A DNA stretch of 64,000 bases. Origin: Paraspadella gotoi. Taxonomy: Eukaryota > Animalia > Chaetognatha. The stretch covers positions 16,341,245-16,405,244 of the forward strand of contig CM119264.1 of NCBI GenBank assembly GCA_051294375.1. The letters are read 5' to 3'. Positions within the stretch are counted from its first letter, which is position 1, and the number at the start of each line of letters is the position of its first letter. A program made the translations under genes and the position numbers. The notes under the pieces were generated by a model that saw only the letters and a list, made by a program, of their open reading frames with translations, was not told where the DNA came from and did no database searches. Shown here piece by piece: positions 28,572 through 39,021 of this stretch.

Positions 28572-29534
28572 GGGGGAAGGAGAGAGAGAGAGAGAGAGAG
28601 AGACCTCTATAGTCTATACCATATTAAATCTTCACTCACCGACGACTATTCCTCTGTCCTGCAGATCGTCCTGAAACATAACTCTGAGGTAGCGGAGGAG
28701 GCCTTGCGAAGTCTGCACGACCGTCAAGTCGTTCATAAAGCTGAAACCGGCGCCCATGGGCGCGCGGATTCCTCCAGGGCCGAACTTGACGCGAGTCGCC
28801 AAGCGTGCCGTCAGGGCTGGTCGATAGATGAGGGGGTAACCACTTGCCATGATCTTCACTATGTCTCTCCAAATCTTGGTTTTATTTTCAATTTTACCTG
28901 GAACGTTTCCCTCGTCTGCTAATCGAACAATTTGTTTTCGAGTGATTTTGCACTCATCCCATCTGGAAGAGGCATCCAATAAATTAATAAAACCAGTAAA
29001 TGATAACCCACCGCGGATTCGTATGCCCCACAAGAGCCGCGTCCGCCCATCAAAAAACTTGTTTGCGCAATCATCGCCTCTCCCCTTAAAAACTCCTTTG
29101 CCCCATCCTAGTTCTTTTCCTATACGAGAGCCAATTCCTCCCTGCGAAAAGGCTTCCCTTCTGGAGTGTCTCCCCCGCGAAAGCGTCCCTCGCCCTCACC
29201 TCAACCAATCGTCGACGAGCTCATCGATTTTCTCGTCGCCAGTTGGTTTCGCCAGAGGCCGACAGGGGCGCGGCTCGTTCTTGGCCTTCAAACAGGCGCA
29301 TCCTGCGGCGCCACCCACAGGCGAGTCGCAAGGATCCGGGCGACCAGGGAATCGCCATTCGTCGCAACCGTGGTTTTCCTTGTGGACCTGCTTGTGGGCG
29401 TTGCGTCGGTCGTCGTGGTCGCAGTCGCGCTTTTTGTCGCAGTCGTTCTTGTGGTCGCAGTCGCGCTGCTGATCGCAATCTTTCTTGTGGTCGTCGCAGT
29501 GGTCGTGGTGATCGTGGTCGTTATGGGGCGGCAT
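19749..29534 (-). CDS. PGM2: PGM2/PGM2L1-family phosphoglucomutase/phosphopentomutase-like gene, 13 exons, divergent active site (whole-gene span)
   Basis: Colinear motifs along the human PGM2 sequence as recalled: WLRWD, MNDLTVVQTSQG, GYDGRHNS, NGYRIYW, NLDPW, FVHTSLHGV, HPEFPSVRSPNP, DADGDR, GNELAA, SSKIL, GFKWIGN, VLFAFEESLG, DKDG, YGYH, IRDLTTGYDNSQP, KYFAEL. All introns are GT-AG, and phases are compatible when exon 6 is read from the duplicate copy with one indel corrected. Confidence 0.93.
20319..20443 (-). CDS. PGM2: PGM2-like exon 12 (GYDNSQPNNSAILP...ITFTFTN...FRAACGESK)
   Basis: ccaag acceptor, GTAATG donor; matches GYDDSQPDKKAVLP...ITFTFAN...MRTSGTEPK. Confidence 0.92.
20536..20704 (-). 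CDS. PGM2: PGM2-like exon 11 (YGYHNSLASYFLC...YPDACG...IRDLTTG)
   Basis: cccag acceptor, GTAAGT donor; matches YGYHITKASYFIC...YPKACG...IRDLTTG. Confidence 0.94.
20775..20990. repeat. Dispersed repeat of about 200 bp (copy 1, in PGM2-like intron 10)
   Basis: ccagtggctgcgccaatacat...gagacaaatcct...gtacaatttcagg...cactaaagtgatttaca, also at 57109-57281. Confidence 0.75.
21088..21348 (-). CDS. PGM2: PGM2-like exon 10 (VLFAFEESLG...DKDG + acidic/Pro insertion)
   Basis: ttcaag acceptor, GTGCC donor; sugar-binding loop FEExxG. Confidence 0.92.
22457..22680 (-). CDS. PGM2: PGM2-like exon 9 (GNELAAILSWW...SSKIL...GGFKWIGNRV)
   Basis: ttttcag acceptor, GTGAGA donor; strong match to GNELGALLGWW...TGFKWMGNRA. 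Confidence 0.94.
24259..26797 (-). pseudogene. Second (tandem) copy of PGM2-like exon 1 (3' part) to exon 8, with indel frameshifts; probable haplotype or assembly duplicate
   Basis: 24259-26797 repeats 26812-29427 (both begin ttatcttcttctataaaactttctccc). Frameshifts in exons 3, 5, 6 and 8, a few substitutions (AAVFL vs AAIFL), no ATG. Confidence 0.8.
27128..27332 (-). CDS. PGM2: PGM2-like exon 8, metal-binding loop (HPEFPSVRSPNPCEG...ASDADGDRMAVAEKRSGDWKIFTG)
   Basis: aatag acceptor, GTGAGG donor; matches DPEFPTVKYPNPEEG...[25 protein letters not shown]. Confidence 0.93.
27416..27596 (-). CDS. PGM2: PGM2-like exon 7 (WREDPF...RFVHTSLHGVVHKFSKELFK)
   Basis: ttaag acceptor, GTGAGT donor; matches KFVHTSVHGVGHSF. 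Confidence 0.9.
27718..27886 (-). CDS. PGM2: PGM2-like exon 6 (NNLDPWRRSW...IVYK), interrupted by an N gap; complete in the duplicate at 25168-25269 with one probable indel
   Basis: aacag acceptor, GTATCG donor; matches ENLEPWPQAW. Confidence 0.75.
28011..28179 (-). CDS. PGM2: PGM2-like exon 5, catalytic-serine loop ([27 protein letters not shown])
   Basis: actag acceptor, GTGAG donor; aligns to [27 protein letters not shown]. Confidence 0.92.
28272..28363 (-). CDS. PGM2: PGM2-like exon 4 (GYDGRHNSQRFAHRVAAIFLHARIRVRLFSE)
   Basis: (CT)n-aag acceptor, GTAAGT donor; GYDGRHNS family motif. Confidence 0.92.
28640..28816 (-). CDS. PGM2: PGM2-like exon 3 (KFGPGGIRAPMGAGFSFMNDLTVVQTSQG...RGIVVG)
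   Basis: accag acceptor, GTGAGT donor; aligns to EFGTAGLRAAMGPGISRMNDLTIIQTTQG. Confidence 0.92.
28898..28962 (-). CDS. PGM2: PGM2-like exon 2 (WDECKITRKQIVRLADEGNVP)
   Basis: ttccag acceptor, GTAAAA donor; aligns to PGM2 WDKNSLTLEAVKRLIAEGN. Confidence 0.88.
29200..29534 (-). CDS. PGM2: PGM2-like exon 1 (His/Cys/Asp-rich extension + TGDEKIDELVDDWLR)
   Basis: ATG at 29534, open frame to the AG|GTGAG donor at 29199; phase 2 matches exon 2. Confidence 0.8.
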
Positions 29535-29938
29535 TCTACTCTACAGAGCTTATTTAAAAAAATAAAAAAAAATAAAAAAGTAAAAAAAATTAAACTATAC
29601 GTTCTAGGAAAAGCCAAAAGGAATACCGAGGTTTGGAAAAGATAACTTTTAATTCAAGGATTTTAAATAAAATTTCAGAAAATAACTGAGGCAGAAGTTA
29701 TAATGGTGTCTATCTGATCCGTTTAATGAAACATTTATTGTCCTAAAGTAAAAATATTTGACTGTGTAGCACTTTTTAGACATATTATTTGAAATCATAA
29801 AGCATTTATCGTTCGTACAACGATGGGTTTGGAGGACCAGGAAATAAAAAACAATATATAAAAAAATAGTAATAAATCGTCTTTTTTTCCTTACTCGCTT
29901 CTCTTTAGCAACGAAAGTGTGAAAGAAAAAAATAAATC

Positions 29939-29994
<56 letters not shown>

Positions 29995-30171
29995 AACAGA
30001 CCTCATTCTCCGTTGCCGAGGTCAACTCGGGTTAAGAAACATCATAATAAAGTTTCGTGAGTGGAATAACAAGCAGAGCGTTTGGACGCGCCCTCTTCTC
30101 TTCCGAGTTTTGGCTGATTGGAACTCGTGGAAACAAAAAACAAAAAAAAATAATAATTTTACTTTGAAAAG

Positions 30172-30690
30172 CTTGGGGCTGAAAACTATGAACAACAAAG
30201 GATGGGCGTGGAGGAGATCAAACTCAAATATCCTACAGTAAAACTTAATAAACTTATTGTTTTTTTCTTTTATTTGAATTGGATATCCAGTGAGTTAATC
30301 GCATCGAGAGGGAAACGGGGAAAGTCAAACACGTTAGCCCCAGAAAAAGCAATCACGCTTAACGTCTATGTGTTGAGCGGCGAGAGGTGAGCCAACGAAT
30401 AACCTCGTTCATCGAAATGAATTATTTCCTTTGAATCACCTCAGCGAGCAAACACGATATTAATGTGTCGCAATAGCGAAAGAGAAAAGATTAAATCGCG
30501 GGATTATGATTCATTTTCGTTCCTGATCCCTTCCAAGGCCAACGGCCGGATTCTGCCGAGAGGAAATGGCAAGAAATCTTCTCCATGTGGATTCGCGATA
30601 TGTAATATGCATTAGCATGTATGCGACGTTATTGCAATATGTATCGCCTCATTGGCTCAATTCTGGATATTATTTGGTATTTTTGAATAA
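30172..30690 (+). other. Possible small exons of an unidentified gene divergent from the PGM2-like gene (about 30172-30237, 30338-30386, 30445-30690)
   Basis: AG/GT-bounded segments translating LGAENYEQQRMGVEEIKLKYPT and PEKAITLNVYVLSGER, plus a hydrophobic stretch. Frames are broken by indels, no homology recognised; mirrored at about 35.85-36.39 kb. Confidence 0.3.
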
Positions 30691-31634
30691 ACTGAAAACT
30701 GTGGATGAGCAATAAAAGTAATTACAACAGATATAAAATTCACGAACCTCAGTTTCAAACATATCGAAAGTTTTCGATACAAAAGGATACCATACGTGTT
30801 GAAACGAATGATTTGCAGTTCACGTCGGCTAAAAATAGACCTTTTTATGTACATAAAAAAATGGGTATTTTCGTAATCTCAACTCAGAGGAAAAATCCTT
30901 GCGCATAATTTATCTCATAAAAGGGTTAATAGAATATTTATACGAGGCTTTGACAAGAGAATACTAAAAATATATTACATGAAAATGAGATAAATCGACT
31001 TCTGCTTTTGCATCGAGGACGAGAGCGAGAACCGGTTGGTTGGCTGGCTGGTTGGTAATTTGTAGTTTGATTGGCCGGTCCTAGTATTCGGAATATATGC
31101 GTTTTATGCAGTCAAAGCAGAAGTTCAACAATCAACAAAGTGAAAAAAAAGTTATATGAATTGAAAATGAACGACGTAAATAAAACAATTGTTAGTTTTG
31201 TTTGCCCAATACAAGTTGATCTTCAAAAAACTTTTTGAGAACTACTTTATCGACGTCTACGTCGATTCTCTTCGGTTCCGTCTTTGCATTTCCAGCCTTT
31301 GAAGTCTTCAAAGAATTCCCCGTTTTTTGACGGCGGCTGAGACTGCGGCTGAGACTGCGGCTGAGACTGCGCCGCCGCGTCGGGGGAGGAATCTTCTCCG
31401 CTATTTTCTTTTCTCACTTTTCTTCGAGTCTTCTTCATTTTTATTTTTTCTTCTTTTATTTTTCATTTCTTTCTTTTTTTTTTTCTTTTCCCATTTCCGC
31501 CTCTTTTATCGCTTTTCCTTCGTTCGCTTTTTTCCTTATCTGCCTCGGACATGACATGCAGATGGGAGGAGAAAAGGAAAGGACGAAAGAAAAGAAAAAA
31601 AAAGAAAAGAAAGTCAGACCACCAAATCCTTATC

Positions 31635-31750
<116 letters not shown>

Positions 31751-32448
31751 AAGAGGATGCTCATCATTGCTATTTTATTGACGGTGACCACAGAGAAGAT
31801 AGGCCATGAATGAGAAAAAAGTAGGATGATGATGATGATGATGGCTGTGCAGGAAGTTGATGATTATTTATGCTGATGATGATGTTGATGATTCATAACG
31901 ATAATGATAATGATAATGATGAAAAGTGAAAGTGGTTTTCGATTATGCATGACGATGAAGAGGATTCCGATGACTATGACGATGACGGAAAGTGTAGAGA
32001 GAACTCATCAAGGATCGACGAGTTCGATATTTACGATGATTCTCGTCGCCCTTCGGTCAGCGCTGAGCACCACGACCTAATTTCTTCCTCTTCGCCGATG
32101 AATGTTAATCGAGTTCAAAGGACCGACCGACTCAATTTTGTTTTTGAGCGATAAAATTTACAACTAAATGAATTCGGAGAAAGACGATAAACTACAGTTT
32201 TCGATAACCAAGAAACAACATCTTTGTTTGTTTTTGTTTTTGTTTAATTCGCGGCGAAAAATAAAGTGAAATCTTGAATGATTTAAAAACGCCTTTTCTT
32301 TTTTCCTCCATTCCGAGTCTCCATCTCCTCGATTGCCAACACCGGCGCCGCCTCAATACGCGGCGCCCGCCCATCTCCAGTTCGTCGCGCCGCAAACGAC
32401 TTGAAAATCGAAAGAAAATTGAGGCGAAATTTGGGAGGAAAAATGATC

Positions 32449-32480
<32 letters not shown>

Positions 32481-34872
32481 TATCGCTATCGCTGTCGTCG
32501 TTGTGTTTTTTTATCACCACCGATAAGAAGAATGTTTTTGTATTGGTCCTCGCGTTTCCCTCCTTTTCTCGTACGTAGATATCTGTGCGGTCGTCGTCGT
32601 CGTCTTCGTCGTCGTCACGTCACCCCTCGCCTTTTATGGGATTTACTTCGTAATTTAACTCCTTAATTTTGACTTCGTGTTTAACGGATTGGAAGGCTGT
32701 TGAAATTCAAATTCGGACCGATCAAAATTGTACGTTGAAGGTTTGTACAGTTTTACATTTCAAAGAATTATTTAAAACGGGGATTAATCTCATTCCGAGG
32801 GGTTTAAATTATTCTTTCGTGTAGCGGAGCGCACCGACTAAAGTCTTCACGGCTCATTAAAAAGGTTTTTCGTTAAACGGGGAAAAATAAAAGAGAGACG
32901 ATCGTTCAAGAGAATGCAGAGCGTCTGAAGAAGTCGTTGCACGAAAGGTGCTACAAATTTTTGTAAACGAGTACGGCGAGAAGTTGATTATACCGCAGTT
33001 GAGTTATTCTTTCGGGCAAATACCCATTCGTTTTCGGGCAAATACCCATTCGGGCAAATACCCATTCGTTTTCGTGATCCTGCGTCAAAAACTCTATTGC
33101 CGACGACAAAATTTCTCTATATTCATTTCGGTCCTTTTCGAGTTTATGCAATCTGAAAATATCTTACGCTTTTTCTTTCTTTCCTTCCTTCCTTCCTTCC
33201 TTCCTTGCCCCAGAATAAGAGGTTAAAAAAGGGAAGGAAGGAAGGAAGGAAGGAAGGAAGGAAGGAAGGAAGGAAGGAAGGAAGGAAGGAGGAAAGAAGG
33301 AAGGAAGGAGTGAAGGAAGGAAGGAAGGAAAGGAAGGAAGGAAGGAAGGAAGGAAGGAAGAAAGAAAAAGCGTAAGATATTTTCAGATTGGCATAAACTG
33401 CGAAAAAGGACGCGAAATGAATATAGAGAAATTTTGTCGTCGGCAATAGAGTTTTTGACGCAGGATCACGAAAAACGAATGGTATTTGCGCGCGAATATT
33501 TGCCCAGAATGGGTATTGCAGAACGAATGGGTTTTGCCCGAAGAAAATAACTCAACTGCGGTAATAATCAACTTCTCCGCCGTACTCGTTTACCAAAAAT
33601 TTGTAGCACATTTCGTGCAACGACTTCTTCAGACGCTCTGCATTCTCTTGAACGATCGTTCTCTTTTATTTTTCCCCGTTTAAACGAAAAACCCTTTTTA
33701 ATGAGCCGTGAAGACTTTAGTCGGTGCGCTCCGCTACACCGAAAGAATAATTTAAACCCCTCGAAAATGAGATTAAATCCCGTTTTAAATAATTCTTTGA
33801 AAATGTAAAACTGTAAAACCTTCAACGTACAATTTTGATCGGTCCGAATTTGAATTTAACAGCCTTCCAATCCGTTAAACACGAAGTCAAATTAAGGAGT
33901 TAAATTACGAAGTAAATACCATAAAAAGGCGAGGGGTACGTGACGACGACGAAGACGACGACGGACGACCGCACGATATCTACGTACGAGAAAAGGAGGG
34001 AAACGCGAGGACCAATACAAAAACATTCTTCTTATCGCGTGGTGATAAAAAAACACAACGACGACAGCGATAGCGATAGCGACGACGACGACGACGACGA
34101 CGAGAGAGGGATGCATTTTTCCTCCCAAATTTCGCCTCAAATTTTCTTTTCGATTTCAAGTCGTTTGCGGCGCGAGACGATGGAGATGGGCGGGCGCCGC
34201 GGTATTGAGGCGGGCGCGGTGTTGGCAATCGAGGAATGGAGACTGGAATGGAGGAAAAAGAAAGGCGTTTTAAATCATTCAAGATTTCACTTTATTTTTC
34301 GCACGCGAATTAAACAAAAAACAAAAACAAACAAAGATGTTGTTTCTTGGTTATCGAAACTGTAGTTTATCGTCTTCTCCGAATTCATTTAGTTGTAATT
34401 TTATCGCTCAAAAACAAAATTGAGTCGGTGCGTCTTTGAATTCGATTAACCATTCATCGGCGACAGAGGAAGAAAATTAGGTCGTGGTGCTCAGCGGCTG
34501 ACGAAGGGCGACGAGAATCATCGTAAATATCGAACTCGTCGAACCCTTGATGAGTTTTCCTTCTCATCGTCATTCGTCATCGTCATAGTCATATCGGAAT
34601 CCTCTTATCGTCATGCATAATCGAAAACCACTTTGCAACTTTTCATCATTATCATTATGCACGTTATGATCAATCAAACATATCATCAGCATAAATATGC
34701 ATCAACTTCCTGCACAGCCAATCATCATCATCATCATCTACTTTTTCTCATTCATGGCCTATCTTCTCTGTGGTCCACCGCTCAATAAAAATAGCATTTG
34801 ATGAAGATCCTCTTTCGAAGAGAGAGAGAGAGAGAGAGAAGAGAGAGAGGAGAGAGAGAGAGAGAGAGAGGA

Positions 34873-34910
<38 letters not shown>

Positions 34911-36570
34911 GATAAAGGATTTTGGTGGTCTGACTTCTTTTCTTTTTTTTTTCTTTCTTCGTCCTTTCTTTTCTCCTCCCATCTGCATGTCATGTCCGAG
35001 AGCAGATAAGGAAAAAAGCGAACGAAGAAAAGCGATTAAAAGAGGCGAAATGGGAAAAGAAAAAAAAAAAGAAAAGAAATGAAAAATAAAAAGGAGAAAA
35101 AATAAAAATGAAGAAGAGCTCGAAGAAAAATGAGAAAAAGAAAATAGCGGAGAAGATTCCTCCCCGACGGCGGCGGCGCAGTCTCAGGCCGCAGTCTCAG
35201 TCCCTGGGCAGTCTCAGCCGCCGTCATAAAAAACGGGGAATTCATTTGAAGACTTGCAAAGGCTGGAAATGCAAGACGGAACCGGAAGAGAATCGACGTA
35301 GACGTCTGGATAAAGTAAGTTCTCAAAAGTTTTTGAAGATCAACTTGTATTGGGCAAACAAAAACTAACAATTGTTTTATTTAGCGTCGTTCATTTTCAA
35401 TTCATATACTTCACTTGGTGTTGACTCTCTTGACTGCATAAAACGGCATATATTCCGAATACTAGGAACCGGCCACATCAAACTACAAATTTACCTAAAC
35501 CAGCCAGCCAACGCAACCGGTTCTCCGCTCTCGTCCTCGATGCAAAAGTCAGAAGTCGATTTATCTCATTTTCATGTAATATATTTTTAGTATTCTCTTG
35601 TCAAGCCTCGTATAAATATTCTATTAACCCTTTTATGAGATAAATTATGCGCAAGGATTTTTCCTCTGAGTTGAGATTACGAAATACCCATTTTTTTAAT
35701 GTACATAAAAAACGGTCTATTTTTAGCCGACGTGAAACTGCAAATCATTGCGTTTCAACACGTATGGTATCCTTTTGTATCGAAAACTTTCCGATATGTT
35801 TGAACTGAGGTTCGTGATTTTTATATCTGTTGTAATTACTTTTATTGCTCATACCACAGTTTTTCAAGTTTATTCAAAAATACCAAATAATATCCAGAAT
35901 TTGAGCCAATGAGGGCGATACATATTGCAATAACGTCGCATACTGCTATGCATATTACATATCGCGAATCCCACATGGAGAAGATTTCTTGCGCATTTCC
36001 TCTCGGAGAATCCGGCCGTTGGCCTTGGAAGGGAGTAGGAACCGAAAAATGAATCATAATCCCAGCGATTAATCTTTTCTCTTTCGCTATTGCGACACAT
36101 TAATATCGTGTTGCTCCTGAGTGATTCAAAGGAAATAATTCATTTCGATGAACGAGGTTATTCGTTGGCTCACCTCTCGCCGACTCAACACATAGACGTT
36201 AAGCGTGATTGCTTTTTCTGGGGCTACGTGTTTGACTTTCCCCGTTTCCCTCTCGATGCGATTAACTCACTGGATATCCAATTCAAATAAAAGAAAAAAA
36301 CAATAAGTTTATTAATTTTACTGTAGGATATTTGAGTTTGATCTCCTCCACGCCTCATCCTTGTTGTTCATAGTTTTCAGCCCAAGCTTTTCACAAGTAA
36401 AATTATTATTTTTTTTGTTTTTTGGTTTCCACGAGTTCCAATCAGCCAAAACTGCGAGAGAAGAGGCGCGTCCAAACGCTGCTGCTTGTTATTCCACTCA
36501 CGAAACTTTATATGATGTTTCTTAACCCGAGTTGACCTCGGCAACGGAGAATGAAGGTCTGTTGTTCTCT

Positions 36571-36685
<115 letters not shown>

Positions 36686-37107
36686 CACACACACACGATT
36701 TATTTTTTTCTTTCACACTTTCGTTGCTAAAAGAGAAGCGAGTAAGGAAAAAAAGACGATTTATTACTATTTTTATATATTGTTTTTTATTTCCTGGTCC
36801 TACCAACCCATCGTTGTACGAACGATAAATGCTTTATGATTTCAAATAATATGTCTAAAAAGTGCTACACAGTCAAATAATTTTTACTTTAGGACAATAA
36901 ATGTTTCATTAAACGGTCAGATAGACACTTATATATTAACTTCTGCCTCAGTTATTTTCTGAAATTTTATTTAAAATCCTTGAATTAAAAGTTATCTTTT
37001 CCAAACCTCGGATATTCCTTTGGCTTTTCCTAGACGCGTATAGTTTTAGTTTTTTTTACTTTGTTATTTTTTTATTTTTTTTTTTTTAATAAGCTCTGTA
37101 GAGTAGA

Positions 37108-38415
37108 ATGCCGCCCCATAACGACCACGATCACCACGACCACTGCGACGACCACAAGAAAGATTGCGATCAGCAGCGCGACTGCGACCACAAGAACGAC
37201 TGCGAAAAAAAGCGCGACTGCGACCACGACGACCGACGCAACGCCCACAAGCAGGTCCACAAGGAAAATCCACGGTTGCGACGAATGGCGATCCGCTGGT
37301 CGCCCGATCCTTGCGACTCGCCTGTGGGTGGCGCCGCAGGATGCGCCTGTTTGAAGGCCAAGAACGAGCCGCGCCCCTGTCGGCCTCTAGCGAAAACCAA
37401 CTGGCGACGAGAAAATCGATGAGCTCGTCGACGATTGGTTGAGGTGAGGGCGAGGGACGCTTTCGCGGGGTGACACTCCAGAAGGAAGCCTTTTCGCAGG
37501 GAGGAATTGGCTCTCGTATAGGAAAAAGAACTAGGATGGGGCAAAGGAGTTTTTAAGGGGAGAGGCGATGATGTGCGCAAACAAGTTTTTTGATGGCGGA
37601 CGCGCTCTGTGGGCATAAACGAATCCGCGTGGGTTATCATTTACTGGTTTTATTAATTTATTGGATGCCTCTTCCAGATGGGATGAGTGCAAAATCACTC
37701 GAAAACAAATTGTTCGATTAGCAGACGAGGGAAACGTTCCGAGTAAAATTGAAAATAAAACCAATGATTTGGAGAGACATAGTGAGATCATGGCAAGTGG
37801 TTACCCCCTCATCTATCGACCAGCCCTGACGGCACGCTTGGCGACTGCGTCAAGTTCGGCCCTGGAGGAATCCGCGCGCCCATGGGCGCCGTTTCAGCTT
37901 TAATGAACGACTGACGGTCGTGCAGACTTCGCAAGGCCTCCTCCGCTACTCAGAGTTATGTTTCAGGACGATCTGCAGGACAGAGGAATAGTCGTCGGTG
38001 AGTGAAGATTTAATATGGTATAGACTATATGAGGTTCTCTCTCTCTCTCTCTCTCTCTCTCCTCCTCTCTCTCTCTCTCTTGTTTTTTAGTAACAAGCTT
38101 TTTACTAAAAAGTCATATAGCCGCAGAAAGGCGTGCCCAGGGCCGTATCCGTAGATTCATCATTCATTCATTCATTCATTCATTCATTCTCCTCTCTCTC
38201 TTCTCTTCTCTCTTCGTGTTTCATTGCAATTGGAGAGGTTTCATAAGAGTTTGTTCATACCGGACCTGTATGTTTAGAAGTGTCGATGCACTTTTGTTCA
38301 ACAAGGAAAAAGTCACCCAATTAATTTGTAAAATATTCTAGAGAAATAGGTAGCTATTAAACAGGCCCCTCAGAGTGTGCCTAAGAGCCGCAAAGTAATT
38401 TAATATTGTCTATTG

Positions 38416-38458
<43 letters not shown>

Positions 38459-38542
38459 CTCTCTCCTTCTCTCTCGCTCTCTCTCTCCCTTCACTCGCAA
38501 GGCTACGACGGGGCGACACAAACTCACAACGTATTCGCTCAA
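37108..38542 (+). pseudogene. Inverted partial copy of PGM2-like exons 1-3 and the start of exon 4, indel-ridden, ending at a 25-N gap
   Basis: MPPHNDHDHH... at 37108, WDECKITRKQ at about 37680, MNDLTVVQ-like at about 37900, gctacgacggggcgacac (GYDGRH) at about 38501. Confidence 0.8.
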
Positions 38543-38977
38543 NNNNNNNNNNNNNNNNNNNNNNNNNATTCTTTCCCTCCTTTCCCTTCTCCGCTCTCTG
38601 TCACCCGCGCCGTATGTCTTTCTATGTATTCATTCAATCCTTTCACAATGACAATGCCATTCTCCCATAAGGGGCATCCCCCTTTCTTGCCTTTGACATC
38701 CTAGTCTCTCTTTCGCATTAGTATTATGATTTCTCTCTTCATTTCACTCCCCGTCCTTTCCTTATCAACTCGCATTCTTTCCTTTTACATCCTTGTCCTT
38801 CCCGTGTCCTTGCGCTTCTTTTCCCCCTTTTGGGTCCTTTTTTCTTCACCCCCTTTTTGCATCTCCGTTTCCAAGCATCTTCTCAAACTTCGCGTCTCCT
38901 TTCTTTCCACCTCCTCGCGCATCTTCCCGTGCCCGTCGCTTCTTTCGGCGTCGCGCAACTTCCCTCTCCTTCTTTTC

Positions 38978-39021
<44 letters not shown>

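Noticed and set aside
26373-29645. Long + strand ORFs (e.g. 26536-27303, 28849-29472, 29166-29645) with hydrophobic VVVAVA runs
   Set aside because: They are antisense shadows of GC-rich PGM2-like exons and the DCD repeat.
33176-33365. Sequencing adapter at the palindrome centre
   Set aside because: No recognisable SMRTbell-like adapter string, so the artefact interpretation rests on the indel pattern instead.
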